Positions 53,366-63,541 of a stretch of DNA of 64,000 nucleotides are shown one piece after another. Origin of the DNA: an uncultured Clostridia bacterium (GTDB lineage: Bacteria > Bacillota > Clostridia > Christensenellales > UBA1242). The position numbers and the translations under genes were made by a program. Within the stretch, counting starts at the first letter, position 1; the number at the start of each line of letters is the position of its first letter. The notes below the pieces were generated by a model. The model had not been told where the DNA came from and did not search any database. It was given only the letters and a program-made list of their open reading frames with translations. The DNA lies in NCBI GenBank assembly GCA_944360075.1, contig CALVTE010000002.1:14638-78637 (forward strand). The letters are read 5' to 3'.

Positions 53366-54571
53366 TTAGTATAATTTGTCAAGTTCTTGTGCAAAAATTT
53401 TTATATGCTCATAGGTCAGCCCGCCCTGAAAATAGGCAATATATGGTTTTTTGATAGGGCTATCGCAAGAAAGTTCGATTGACGAGCCCGAAACAAAAGT
53501 GCCGGCAGCCATTATAACTTGGTCTTGATAGCCTGGCATATCCCAAGGCAATGGAACGATAAATGAATCTATCGGAGAAATTTTTTGAACAAGTTGAACA
53601 AATTTGACAAGCTGCTCTTCACTATCAAAAACCACCGATTTTATGATATCATCAGGCTGTTCGTCATTTGATGGAATGATTTTAAACCCTTTAGATTTCA
53701 TCACTTCGCCCACCAACATTGCTCCTTTAAGAGCCTGCGCAACGGTGTGCGGAGCCATAAAAAGCCCTTGATAGAAAAGCCTGTAACCCATTTCAAATGA
53801 GCCCACTTCAAGCATGAGCGATGGAGAGGTGAATCTTGTTGAAATCATGTCGATTGCTTTTGTTTTGCCGCAAATATACCCACCTGTTGGAGCTAGGCCT
53901 CCGCCTGGATTTTTGATAAGAGATCCAACCACCACGTCGGCACCAACCTCGGTCGGTTCTTTTTCTTCCACAAACTCTCCATAGCAGTTGTCCACAACAA
54001 TAAATGGTGGATTTTTGGCTTGTTTTATCACCTCAAAAATCTCTTCCATCTGTTTAATAGAAAGCGCTTTTCTGTTTGTGTAGCCTCTTGAACGCTGCAC
54101 AAAAACAACCTTTGGTTTATACTTTTTTATGGCTTTTAGCACGGCGTTTTTATCAAAATCATTTTGGGCAAGTTCCACCTGTTTAAATTTTATATTAAAA
54201 CTTTCCAAAGACCCATTTTCTTTGCCAAACAAAGTGTCGTAGAGCGTGTCGTAAAGCTGGCCGCTGATTGACAGAAGTGTGTCACCCGGTCTTAAAAGCC
54301 CATAAAGCACTGTTGAAATTGCATGACTGCCGCACGTTATAAGCGGAGAGACAATGGCTTTTTCAGTTTTAAACACTTTGGCAAAAACGCTGGCAAGTTT
54401 GTCTCTCCCTTGATCGTCATAGCCATACCCCGTTGTGCCTGCAAAGCACTGAGTGGTGATTTTGCATTCTGCAAAACTGTCAAGCACTTTTTTTTGGTTG
54501 AAAAGCGCAATCTCATCAATCTTTCTGAATTGTTTTTCAAGATTTTTTTCAAACTTTACAAGTTGATCCAT
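53366..54571 (-). CDS. ynbB: PLP-dependent YnbB / 'aluminium resistance' family protein (Cys/Met-metabolism fold)
   Basis: 401 aa. The segment FAGTTGYGYDDQGRDKLASVFAKVF ... GSHAISTVLYGLLRPGD is typical of this family. Follows miaA as in many Firmicutes. Confidence 0.8.
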   Translation of the reverse strand: MDQLVKFEKNLEKQFRKIDEIALFNQKKVLDSFAECKITTQCFAGTTGYGYDDQGRDKLASVFAKVFKTEKAIVSPLITCGSHAISTVLYGLLRPGDTLLSISGQLYDTLYDTLFGKENGSLESFNIKFKQVELAQNDFDKNAVLKAIKKYKPKVVFVQRSRGYTNRKALSIKQMEEIFEVIKQAKNPPFIVVDNCYGEFVEEKEPTEVGADVVVGSLIKNPGGGLAPTGGYICGKTKAIDMISTRFTSPSLMLEVGSFEMGYRLFYQGLFMAPHTVAQALKGAMLVGEVMKSKGFKIIPSNDEQPDDIIKSVVFDSEEQLVKFVQLVQKISPIDSFIVPLPWDMPGYQDQVIMAAGTFVSGSSIELSCDSPIKKPYIAYFQGGLTYEHIKIFAQELDKLY

Positions 54572-55458
54572 TTTTCTATCTCCTTAAAAATCTGCTGCTC
54601 TGCTGCTTTTGTGTTTTCTCCATCAACAAAGCGCACGTTGCTGATAGATTTGATAAAGGTCAGCTGCCTTTTTGCGTAATTTCGCGAGTGCTGCTTGATA
54701 AGATTGACGGTCTCTTCTTTTGACTGTTCCCCCTTTATGTAAGGCAAAAACTCTTTATAGCCAATAGCTTTAAAGGGTTGAACATCTTGGCCATATTGCT
54801 TTAAGAGGCTTTTCACTTCATTTTCAAGACCGCTTTCAAACATTTGTTCCACCCTTTTGTTGATCGCCTGATAAAGTTTTTCGCGCTCTCTTGTCAAAGC
54901 AAAAATTTTGCAGTCATATTCGCTTTCGCTTTTGCCTTTGCTATGGCCTGATAAAGCAATCTCCAAAGCTCTTAAAACCCTAACGGGATTTTTTAAGTCA
55001 ATTTTTTCACTTTTCTCACCCAAAGTTTGTTTAAGCTTCTGCGCCATAAAATCAAGCCCCTTTGCCTTCAACTCTTCACCAAGTTTGGCACGCAATTCTT
55101 GATTAAATTGGCCGCCAAGGTTATAATTTTCAACCAAAGCTTTCACATACAAGGCCGTTCCACCAACAATTATGGGCAATTTGCCTTTTTGAGAAATTTG
55201 CTCTATTGCTTTTTTTGCCATCGCAACAAAATCGAAAGTGGAAAATTGTTCTGTGGGCAGAACTATATCGATGCCGTAATGTTTTACCCCTTCCATTTGC
55301 TGCGGCAAAAGTTTGGCTGAACCTATGTCAAAACCCTTATACACCGCGATTGAATCGGCCGAAATAATCTCGCCATCAAATTTTTTTGCAATTTCAATGC
55401 CAATTTTTGACTTTCCCACCCCAGTTGGGCCGATAAGTGCAACTATTTTTGTTTTCAC
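54556..55458 (-). CDS. miaA: tRNA dimethylallyltransferase
   Basis: 300 aa. GTG start overlapping the mutL TAG by 1 nt. P-loop GPTGVGKS. IIVGGTALY. Confidence 0.95.
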   Translation of the reverse strand: MKTKIVALIGPTGVGKSKIGIEIAKKFDGEIISADSIAVYKGFDIGSAKLLPQQMEGVKHYGIDIVLPTEQFSTFDFVAMAKKAIEQISQKGKLPIIVGGTALYVKALVENYNLGGQFNQELRAKLGEELKAKGLDFMAQKLKQTLGEKSEKIDLKNPVRVLRALEIALSGHSKGKSESEYDCKIFALTREREKLYQAINKRVEQMFESGLENEVKSLLKQYGQDVQPFKAIGYKEFLPYIKGEQSKEETVNLIKQHSRNYAKRQLTFIKSISNVRFVDGENTKAAEQQIFKEIEKWINL

Positions 55459-57377
55459 TAAACAATCCTTTTAAACATTTTTTCAAATTCTTTTTTTGAA
55501 ATCACCAAAGTCACCGGTCTGCCATGAGGGCAAAGCATCACCCCTTTGCGGACTTGTTCGATAATATAGGCGCATTCGTCAATAGTTATGCTGTCACCCG
55601 CTTTTATGGCGTGTTTGCAAGCCGATTGACAAAGTTTGTTATGCACAAAATCGCTTCGTTTTTTATCCCATTGCACACCTTCTTTCACGATTTCGTCAAC
55701 AAAGCTATCAAGCGATATGGTTGAAAGAACCATTGGCACAGCGGTGATTGAAATTTTTTGTCCACTCTCTTCCAGTCCAAACCCAAGTTGACGAAGATTT
55801 TCCATCATTTGACTTAAAGATTGATATTCTTTGGCAGTAACCGTGAAAGTGTAAGGCACCAAAAGTTGCTGGGTGGCCACCGATTTTTGGTCAACTTCTT
55901 GAAGCAGTTTGTCATACAAAAGCCTTTCATGAGCTGCGTGTTGGTCGATAAAATACAAATTTTCGTCGTATTCTATGGCGATGTAGGTTTTAAACACGGT
56001 CCCCAAAATTTTCATCTCATCACGAACACTTGCTTGAAGAAATTTCTCATTCTCGTGTTTTGATTTGATATTGTTTAGAAAATCCTTGTCGTCTTGGTCG
56101 AAGAAAACCACATTGTTTTTCCCGCCAGCAGGAACATCCCTTTCAGCAAGTTCTATATTGGCAAAGTTTGGCAACTGGCTATTTTCTGTCTCTTTCGTTT
56201 TAACTTTTGGTTCTATCTCAACTTCTTTGTCAAGAATCGTCACGGCGTCAGCATAGCTTTGACCTTGCGATGTTTGAAGTGGCTGGCTGAAAATTGGCTG
56301 TTTTGCCATCTCTGTGTCATAGTGCGGCAATATAGTTTTTCTGGCAAATTCGTTTTTACTTTGCTCGCCAGAAATAAATTTGCTGACTTGGTCATCTTGC
56401 AAAAGTGCATTTTCAACCGCTCTTCGCACAAGCGAAAACACATAGTTTGGATTTTCAAACTTGACTTCTTTTTTTGACGGATGAACATTGACGTCAACGC
56501 ATTGAATTGGCAAAGTCAAGTTTAAAACAAAAAATGGAAACCTGCCCTTCATCAAAAAGTTTTCATACACACTTTGAACGGCCGAGGATACAATATAATT
56601 TTCAACATAGCGTTTGTTGACAAAAAAGGACTGATAGCTTCGATTTGACTTTGAATAAGTTGGCCGGCTGACAAAACCGCTAAGGCAATAACCGTTTTCT
56701 TCAAAGGAAACAGGAAGCAGACTATTATAGGTCTCTTTGCCGTATATCGTATATATTATGTCTTGCATACTACAAGATGTTGTGTTGTAAATCAGTTCTC
56801 CGTCGACAAAATATTTAAAGCAAATGTCGCTTCTTGAAAGCATAAACTTTTCAACAAGATGCGTTATTTCACTTTCTTCAGTTTTTGTTTTTCTCAAAAA
56901 TTTTGCTCTGACTGGGGTGTTGTAAAACAGATTGCTGCAACTGATTGTGGTACCTCTGCTGCGAGCAATTTCAGTGACTTTTCCATAGACTCCACCTTCA
57001 ACAGTGATTGAATAACCTTCAGCACTATCTTGCGTTTTGGAAGACAACACCACCTGGCAAACTGATGATATGCTTGCCAAAGCTTCCCCTCGAAAACCCA
57101 AACTTGCAATGTTGTCAAGGTCTTCAACAGAGCCAATCTTGCTGGTTGCGTGTGGCAAAAAAGCAAGAGGCAAATCGTCTTTTGCAATCCCACTTCCGTC
57201 ATCAGAAACGGTGATGCTTTTTTTGCCGCCTTCTTCAATCTCGATGGTGATGTTTTTTGCGCCAGCATCCAAACTGTTTTCCACAAGCTCTTTCACAATC
57301 GAGGCTGGCCTTTCCACAACCTCACCAGCACTTATTCGATTATAAACCTTTGGCTCTAGCACGTTTATTTTGTTCAT
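55458..57377 (-). CDS. mutL: DNA mismatch repair protein MutL
   Basis: 639 aa. GHKL N-terminus (ISAGEVVERPASIVKELVENSLDAGA, DDGSGI) and a C-terminal dimerisation domain (ACKHAIKAGD, CPHGRP). Confidence 0.95.
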   Translation of the reverse strand: MNKINVLEPKVYNRISAGEVVERPASIVKELVENSLDAGAKNITIEIEEGGKKSITVSDDGSGIAKDDLPLAFLPHATSKIGSVEDLDNIASLGFRGEALASISSVCQVVLSSKTQDSAEGYSITVEGGVYGKVTEIARSRGTTISCSNLFYNTPVRAKFLRKTKTEESEITHLVEKFMLSRSDICFKYFVDGELIYNTTSCSMQDIIYTIYGKETYNSLLPVSFEENGYCLSGFVSRPTYSKSNRSYQSFFVNKRYVENYIVSSAVQSVYENFLMKGRFPFFVLNLTLPIQCVDVNVHPSKKEVKFENPNYVFSLVRRAVENALLQDDQVSKFISGEQSKNEFARKTILPHYDTEMAKQPIFSQPLQTSQGQSYADAVTILDKEVEIEPKVKTKETENSQLPNFANIELAERDVPAGGKNNVVFFDQDDKDFLNNIKSKHENEKFLQASVRDEMKILGTVFKTYIAIEYDENLYFIDQHAAHERLLYDKLLQEVDQKSVATQQLLVPYTFTVTAKEYQSLSQMMENLRQLGFGLEESGQKISITAVPMVLSTISLDSFVDEIVKEGVQWDKKRSDFVHNKLCQSACKHAIKAGDSITIDECAYIIEQVRKGVMLCPHGRPVTLVISKKEFEKMFKRIV

Positions 57378-59983
57378 TCGTCATTCTCCTTTGCTTTTAA
57401 GATAAAATCGTTGAGAAGCTCAAAAGCATACATTGGCGAGACTTTGTTTATATCGATATCTTTCAGTGAAGCCAAAATCGACATCGCCTTTTTTGTGTTG
57501 TTTTTTGCTTTGTCTTTGTTTTCTTTGAAGATGTTTAAATCAAGTTTATTGTTCACGCTCTCAAGATTTTGAGATATTTCTTTTGCCCTTTTCAGCACTT
57601 CTTTTGGAAGTCCTGCCAGAGTTGCAACTTCTATGCCGAAGCTGCGATTTGTGCCACCACGAACAATTTTTCGCAAAAATACTATATTATCATCAATCTC
57701 TTTGACAGCAACTGAATAGTTTTTTATCCCCTTTATCACGCCTTCAAGTTCGGTCAGTTCGTGATAATGTGTGGCAAACATGGTTTTTGCCTTAAAATTG
57801 TTGGCAATATATTCAATCACAGCCCAAGCGATGCTCAAACCGTCAAAAGTTGAAGTGCCTCTTCCGATTTCGTCAAGAATAATCAAACTTCGGTCTGTTG
57901 CGTTTGCCAAAATAAGTGCCACCTCACTCATTTCCACCATAAAAGTGCTTTGTCCAAAAGCAAGGTCATCGCTGGCACCCACTCTTGTGAAAATGCGGTC
58001 CGTGATTGCAATCTCGGCTTCTCTTGCAGGCACAAAACTGCCCACATGGGCCATATAAGTTATAATCGCACTTTGGCGCATATAGGTGCTTTTGCCCGCC
58101 ATGTTTGGCCCTGTGATAATCATAATGCGGTTTTCGTCAGAATCAAGATAAGTTTCGTTTGCAACAAATTGACCATTCTTGAGATATTGCTCAACAACAG
58201 GATGTCTGCCACCTTCGATTTTGATGTGTTTTATAGTTGAATTTATCACTGGTTTGCAGTAGTTGTTTTTGACAGCAACCTGTGCCAGCGACAAAAGAGC
58301 ATCAACTTGCGCTATACTGTCTGAAATCTGTTGAAGTAGCGGAATTTGCCCTATCAGATATTCTTTCAGTTTGGCAAAAATTTCACTTTCAAGTTTTATG
58401 GCATTTTCTTCAGAGTTGAGCACAACGTCCTCAATCTCTTTAAGGTCGGGCGTGATATATCGTTCGTTGTTTGCAATGGTTTGACGCCTTTTGTATCTGA
58501 GCGGCACACTTTCGGCGTCTTTTTTGTTGACTTCGATATAATAGCCTACCACCCTGTTGTAACCAATCTTCAAGCTACGAATGCCTGTCTGCTCAATCTC
58601 TTTTGCTTCCAGCTCTCTCACCCACTCCGTTGCCGATTTTTTTGCATCCCGAAGTTTGTCAAGTTGCTGATTGAAGCCTTTTTTTATGTAGCCGCCATCT
58701 TTTGTTGAAGAAGGCGCATCTTCAGAAATTGCGTTGTCAAGCAGCTGTCGCAGCTCGGCCAGTTCAAGCAAATTTTGATTGCACCTTTCTAGCAATTTGC
58801 TTTGGCAAGAAAACAAAATCTGTTTTATTTGTGGAATTTGGTTGAGAGTGTTTTTCAACCCCAGCAATTCTTTGGGCGAAACAGAGTTGTATCCAATTCG
58901 TCCGCTTATTCTTTCAACATCGTTGACTTTGGCAAGCGTCTGCGACAAATTGTCTCTTACAATAAGTTTTTTGAAAAGTTCCTCAACCGCCTCTAGCCTT
59001 AAATTGATTTCTTTTTCATCTTGCAAAGGGCTGTCAAGCATATTTCGAAGTTTGCGGCTGCCCATGGAAGTTTTTGTTTTGTCAAGCACCCACAAAAGCG
59101 AGCCTGTTTTGCTGCGGTCACGCATATTTTCAACAATTTCAAGATTGCGTCTAGAATTTGAGTCCACAGTCAAAAAGCGGCTATTTGAAATAAGACGAAT
59201 TTTGTTTATGCTTTTGAGCATCCTTTTTTGCGTTTCTTTCAAATATTCAATGGTAGCGCCCGCTGCCGCAATAAGTTCGTTTTGACCTTTAAGTTCAAAA
59301 ACCGATTGATAGTTTGAGCCAAATTGGTTTTCCAGATTTTGCTCTGCTCTATTCTTTGAAAAAGCCCACTCGTAATATGGATAAAAGTTTGGAAGAAAAT
59401 TGTTTCTTGTCTGTTTTATCTTGGCAAGTTCTTGGCTGCCACTTTCATTGCAAATGATTTCTGAAGGTCTGACTCTTGCAATAACGTCTGCAAGTTCTCT
59501 CGAAACATCTTTGCCACACGGCACAACATAAAATTCGCCTGTTGAAATGTCAACATAGCAAACTCCAAGTTTGTCATAACCTTTAAAAACCGTCATGAGA
59601 TAGTTGTTTTTGCCGCCTTCAAGCATTTCGTCTTCCACAATTGTGCCTGGAGTGACCACGCGAACAACATCTCGGTCAAGCACCTTAACCCCTTTCTGCG
59701 GAGTTGAGGTCTGCTCGCAAATTGCAACCTTATATCCTTTTGCAATCAGTCTTGCGATATAGTTTTGAGCGGCATGATAAGGCACACCGCACATAGGAGC
59801 TTTTTCCGTCAGGCCGCATTGTTTGCCAGTCAAAATAAGGTCAAGCTCTTTTGACGCAGTGATAGCGTCTTCAAAAAACATTTCATAAAAGTCGCCCATA
59901 CGATAAAACAAAATGCAATCTTTATATTGCTCTTTTGTCAGCAAATATTGTTTCATTGCAGGCGACAATTCTTCTTTTTTCAT
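57374..59983 (-). CDS. mutS: DNA mismatch repair protein MutS
   Basis: 869 aa. N-terminal PAMKQY ... GDFYEMFFEDA, Walker A GPNMAGKST, and DEIGRGTST. Confidence 0.95.
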   Translation of the reverse strand: MKKEELSPAMKQYLLTKEQYKDCILFYRMGDFYEMFFEDAITASKELDLILTGKQCGLTEKAPMCGVPYHAAQNYIARLIAKGYKVAICEQTSTPQKGVKVLDRDVVRVVTPGTIVEDEMLEGGKNNYLMTVFKGYDKLGVCYVDISTGEFYVVPCGKDVSRELADVIARVRPSEIICNESGSQELAKIKQTRNNFLPNFYPYYEWAFSKNRAEQNLENQFGSNYQSVFELKGQNELIAAAGATIEYLKETQKRMLKSINKIRLISNSRFLTVDSNSRRNLEIVENMRDRSKTGSLLWVLDKTKTSMGSRKLRNMLDSPLQDEKEINLRLEAVEELFKKLIVRDNLSQTLAKVNDVERISGRIGYNSVSPKELLGLKNTLNQIPQIKQILFSCQSKLLERCNQNLLELAELRQLLDNAISEDAPSSTKDGGYIKKGFNQQLDKLRDAKKSATEWVRELEAKEIEQTGIRSLKIGYNRVVGYYIEVNKKDAESVPLRYKRRQTIANNERYITPDLKEIEDVVLNSEENAIKLESEIFAKLKEYLIGQIPLLQQISDSIAQVDALLSLAQVAVKNNYCKPVINSTIKHIKIEGGRHPVVEQYLKNGQFVANETYLDSDENRIMIITGPNMAGKSTYMRQSAIITYMAHVGSFVPAREAEIAITDRIFTRVGASDDLAFGQSTFMVEMSEVALILANATDRSLIILDEIGRGTSTFDGLSIAWAVIEYIANNFKAKTMFATHYHELTELEGVIKGIKNYSVAVKEIDDNIVFLRKIVRGGTNRSFGIEVATLAGLPKEVLKRAKEISQNLESVNNKLDLNIFKENKDKAKNNTKKAMSILASLKDIDINKVSPMYAFELLNDFILKAKENDE

Positions 59984-61104
59984 CTTTTGCCCGTCTCCTT
60001 CTGAATTCTTTTTTCTTCTTGCAGCAATTTGTTCACACGCTCGTTTTTCACATTTTGTGGCACTTGGTTTTCCATTTTGCTGGCAACAGTGCCTTCTCTT
60101 GGCGAATACATAAAGGCAAAAATGCTGTCAAACTGCACCTGTTTGACGAGCGACAAAGTGTCATTAAATTCCTCTTCACTCTCGCTTGGAAAACCAACAA
60201 TAAAGTCAGATGTTATGCGGCAATTCGGGATTTTTGCCCTTATCTTTTCGATGATAGACAAATATTTTTCACGCGTGTATTTTCTGTTCATAAGCGCCAA
60301 AATTCTGTTGTTGCCACTTTGCGCTGGCAAGTGAATATATTTTTCAATCTTCTCTTCGTTTGCAATCACGTCAATCACTTCGTCAGTCAAGTCTTTTGGA
60401 TGCGACGTCATAAAAGAAAGTTTGAAATCGCCTTCCAAAGCGCAAATATCTTTCAAAAGTTTTGCAAACGACACAGGCTGTTTCAAATCTTTTCCATAAG
60501 AATTTACGTTTTGACCAAGAAGCGTGATTTTTTTATATTTTTTTTCAGATAAGATTTGTTTGATTTCGTTTAAGATGTTTTGCTCTTCTCGAGACTTTTC
60601 TCTTCCGCGCACATAAGGCACAATGCAATAGGTGCAAAAATTGTTGCAGCCCTGCATAATGTTGACCCAAGCGTTGTCGCCGCTTGTGCGTTTGTATGGC
60701 AATGACTCGTCAATATCGCCTTCTTGCCATATCTGCAACTGTCTGCCTTGTTTCACGGCCGCAATATAGTCGGCAAGCTTTGGCAAGTTAAAGGTGCCAA
60801 TCACAATGTCTACAAAAGGAAAAGTTCTCATCATTTTTTGAGCAGTTTCTTCTTTTTGAGTCATGCAGCCGCAAAGCACAATTATCAAATCTTTTTTGGC
60901 TTTTTTAAGTTTTTTCAAATTTCCCACATTGCCAAAAACACGCTCCTCCGCCCCTTCACGAATAGCGCAAGTGTTGAAAACAATGATATCAGCTTCTTCT
61001 CGTTTTTCACAGGGCTGATATCCAAGTTTTTCCAAAATTGCTGCAATTTTTTCAGACTCATGCACGTTCATTTGACAGCCATAAGTCACAATAAAATATT
61101 TCAT
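59980..61104 (-). CDS. miaB: tRNA methylthiotransferase MiaB lacking the C-terminal TRAM domain
   Basis: 374 aa. N-terminal cluster cysteines (YGCQMN, NTCAIR, CGCM) and radical-SAM CNNFCTYC. The protein ends about 20 aa after the radical-SAM domain, and its TGA overlaps the mutS ATG. Confidence 0.85.
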   Translation of the reverse strand: MKYFIVTYGCQMNVHESEKIAAILEKLGYQPCEKREEADIIVFNTCAIREGAEERVFGNVGNLKKLKKAKKDLIIVLCGCMTQKEETAQKMMRTFPFVDIVIGTFNLPKLADYIAAVKQGRQLQIWQEGDIDESLPYKRTSGDNAWVNIMQGCNNFCTYCIVPYVRGREKSREEQNILNEIKQILSEKKYKKITLLGQNVNSYGKDLKQPVSFAKLLKDICALEGDFKLSFMTSHPKDLTDEVIDVIANEEKIEKYIHLPAQSGNNRILALMNRKYTREKYLSIIEKIRAKIPNCRITSDFIVGFPSESEEEFNDTLSLVKQVQFDSIFAFMYSPREGTVASKMENQVPQNVKNERVNKLLQEEKRIQKETGKR

Positions 61105-61294
61105 ATCAAAATCCTTCTATAAAAGCCTTTCTAGGCAATCGTGTCAGTAATGCAATTAAGGCGGTTGCAACAAAAAAGTATGCAAAACGCTGCCTAACAC
61201 ATTTTCAATTTTATTATACAATACATTGATTAAATTTTCAAATAAAAAGCAAACTTGGCAAATATTTTTTTAAATTGTCGCCATAATAAAAAAG

Positions 61295-63517
61295 ATGAAA
61301 AAATTTTTGAAATGGTTTTTTATTGTTCTGACTATACTTGTTTTTGCAGGGCTGATTGCCCTTTGTTTCTATATCGGCTCAATTTACACTAGCGCCAGCA
61401 AAATCTCTATTGACAGTGCAAAACTTTCAGCCCCTTTCACAACTATAGAAATTTTTGACAGCAACAACAAGCCTCTCAAAGAAGACAACATGGTAAACGA
61501 GAATTTTGCAGAAATTTCTTCGCTTTCACAAAACACCATCAACGCTTTTGTCTCTATTGAAGACAAAGATTTTTTCAAACATCATGGCGTGAATTACAAG
61601 CGCATCGTCAAGGCTATGCTCAACAACCTCAAAGCGGGCAAATTTAAAGAAGGTGCCTCGACCATAACGCAGCAACTGATCAAAAACAGCCACCTGACAA
61701 GCGAAAAAACTTTTGAGCGAAAAATAACCGAAATTGCTCTTAGCAAAAAACTTGAAAAACAATTTTCAAAAGATGAGATTTTGCAGCAATACTTAAATAT
61801 CATATATTTTGGCAACAACTGTTATGGAATCGAGAATGCCGCGCAGTATTATTTTTCTTGCCCAGCATCTCAACTTTCACTGGCTCAAAGCGCTCTTCTT
61901 GCTGGTATGATCAAGTCTCCTTCAAAATATTCCCCTATCAAAAACCCAGAAAAAGCAATTCAAAGAAGAAACTTGGTGCTGAGCGAAATGGAAAAAGACG
62001 GCAAAATTTCTGCCCAAGAAGCCATGCTTGAAAAAAGCAAAGAACTGCAGCTAAAGATTGAAAACAGACATAAAAACAAGCTCAATTCTTACAGCCAAGC
62101 CGCCATTGACGAAGCGGAAGAACTTCTTCATCTTCCCGCTCAACAAATAGCCTTGCAGGGCTACAAAATATATACATATCAAAATGAAAAACTGCAAAAC
62201 AACCTTGAGGAAGCTCTTTTGAAAAGCAAACCTTCGTCAAACTACGCAGGCATTGTGATTGACAACAAAAAACACAGCATTGTGGCATACAACGGCGAAG
62301 GAGATTACAAAATTTTGGAGTGCAAACGGCAACCAGGCTCATGCATAAAACCCCTTTTGGTTTATGCCCCAGCCCTCAATGAAGACATCATCTACCCCTG
62401 CACGCAAATTTTGGATGAAAAAACAGAAATTGCAGGGTTTTCACCCAAAAATGTTGGCAACACCTATCATGGCTACATTTCTGCCAGAGAAAGTTTGTCA
62501 AAATCGGTCAATATTCCTGCTGTCAAAATTTTAAGTTATGTGGGAATTGAAAAAGCAAAAAGATATGCGCAAGAACTTGGCATAGAATTTGACCCAAAAG
62601 ATGAAGGCTACTGTCTGGCTCTGGGCGGAATGACTTACGGTCTCAACATAGCTCAGCTTGCTGGCGGATACACCACTTTTGCAAACAAAGGCCTATATTC
62701 TCCCCCACGCTTTGTCTCATTTATCGCTGACAAAAATGGTAAAATTGTGTATGTGCATCACGCCAAAGAAAAGCAGGTTCTAAGAGAAGACAGTTGCTAC
62801 CTGCTGACCGATATGCTCAAAACTTGCACAAAAAGCGGAACAGGAAAAAGACTGTCATCGCTGAATATGCCTCTTGCCAGCAAAACGGGAACGGTGGGCA
62901 AATCGAGTTCAAAGCAAAACCTTGACGCTTGGAACATCACGTATTCTCCGCATTTGACTTGCGGAGTTTGGCTTGGAAATCTTGACAACTCGCCCATAGA
63001 TTACACTGGCGGCAATCAGCCAACAGAAATAGTTAAAAACTTTTTTGTCAGCAACAAAAGTTTTGAAGATTTTGAAAAACCTTCTTCAATCGTCGAGCGA
63101 CAAATAGACACAACTGAACTTGAAGAAAATCATCGAATTGTGCTTGCAAACAAATTTATACCAGAAAGATACACAAAAAACGAACTTTTTTCCATTTTTA
63201 ATTTGCCAAAAAACACCTCTAAGAAATTTACCGAAGCACCCGCGCCAGTCTTCAACTGTCAGGTTGAAAATGACCAAGCAGAGCTAGTTTTTAACGCAAA
63301 TGAGTATATAACCTATCAAATTTTTGACGAAAACGGCCTGTTAAAAGAAATCTCAAACAAAACAGGCGAGCAAAAATTGAGTTTTGCAATGGAAAACGAG
63401 AGAAAAACTTTGAAACTAAAATGGTTCTATACCCTTTCGCCGCAGATAAAAGAAGAAAAAGAGCTTGTGCTTGTCAAAAGCAAAACCAGGCCAAACAACA
63501 AACGTTGGTATATGTAA
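61295..63517 (+). CDS. bifunctional class A penicillin-binding protein (GT51 transglycosylase / transpeptidase)
   Basis: 740 aa. N-terminal TM. GT51 motifs SIEDKDFFKHHG and GASTITQQL. Transpeptidase motifs SCIKP (SxxK), SVN and KTGT. Confidence 0.9.
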   Translation: MKKFLKWFFIVLTILVFAGLIALCFYIGSIYTSASKISIDSAKLSAPFTTIEIFDSNNKPLKEDNMVNENFAEISSLSQNTINAFVSIEDKDFFKHHGVNYKRIVKAMLNNLKAGKFKEGASTITQQLIKNSHLTSEKTFERKITEIALSKKLEKQFSKDEILQQYLNIIYFGNNCYGIENAAQYYFSCPASQLSLAQSALLAGMIKSPSKYSPIKNPEKAIQRRNLVLSEMEKDGKISAQEAMLEKSKELQLKIENRHKNKLNSYSQAAIDEAEELLHLPAQQIALQGYKIYTYQNEKLQNNLEEALLKSKPSSNYAGIVIDNKKHSIVAYNGEGDYKILECKRQPGSCIKPLLVYAPALNEDIIYPCTQILDEKTEIAGFSPKNVGNTYHGYISARESLSKSVNIPAVKILSYVGIEKAKRYAQELGIEFDPKDEGYCLALGGMTYGLNIAQLAGGYTTFANKGLYSPPRFVSFIADKNGKIVYVHHAKEKQVLREDSCYLLTDMLKTCTKSGTGKRLSSLNMPLASKTGTVGKSSSKQNLDAWNITYSPHLTCGVWLGNLDNSPIDYTGGNQPTEIVKNFFVSNKSFEDFEKPSSIVERQIDTTELEENHRIVLANKFIPERYTKNELFSIFNLPKNTSKKFTEAPAPVFNCQVENDQAELVFNANEYITYQIFDENGLLKEISNKTGEQKLSFAMENERKTLKLKWFYTLSPQIKEEKELVLVKSKTRPNNKRWYM

Positions 63518-63541
63518 AAAAACAGGCCAAGGCCTGTTTTA
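63516..63541. terminator. bidirectional intrinsic terminator between the PBP gene and recA
   Basis: AAAAAA-ACAGGCC-aa-GGCCTGT-TTT. Confidence 0.75.

Noticed and set aside
59935-60552. 205-aa plus-strand ORF spanning the mutS/miaB junction.
   Set aside because: It is antisense to two strongly supported genes. It has shadow-ORF composition and no translation signals.
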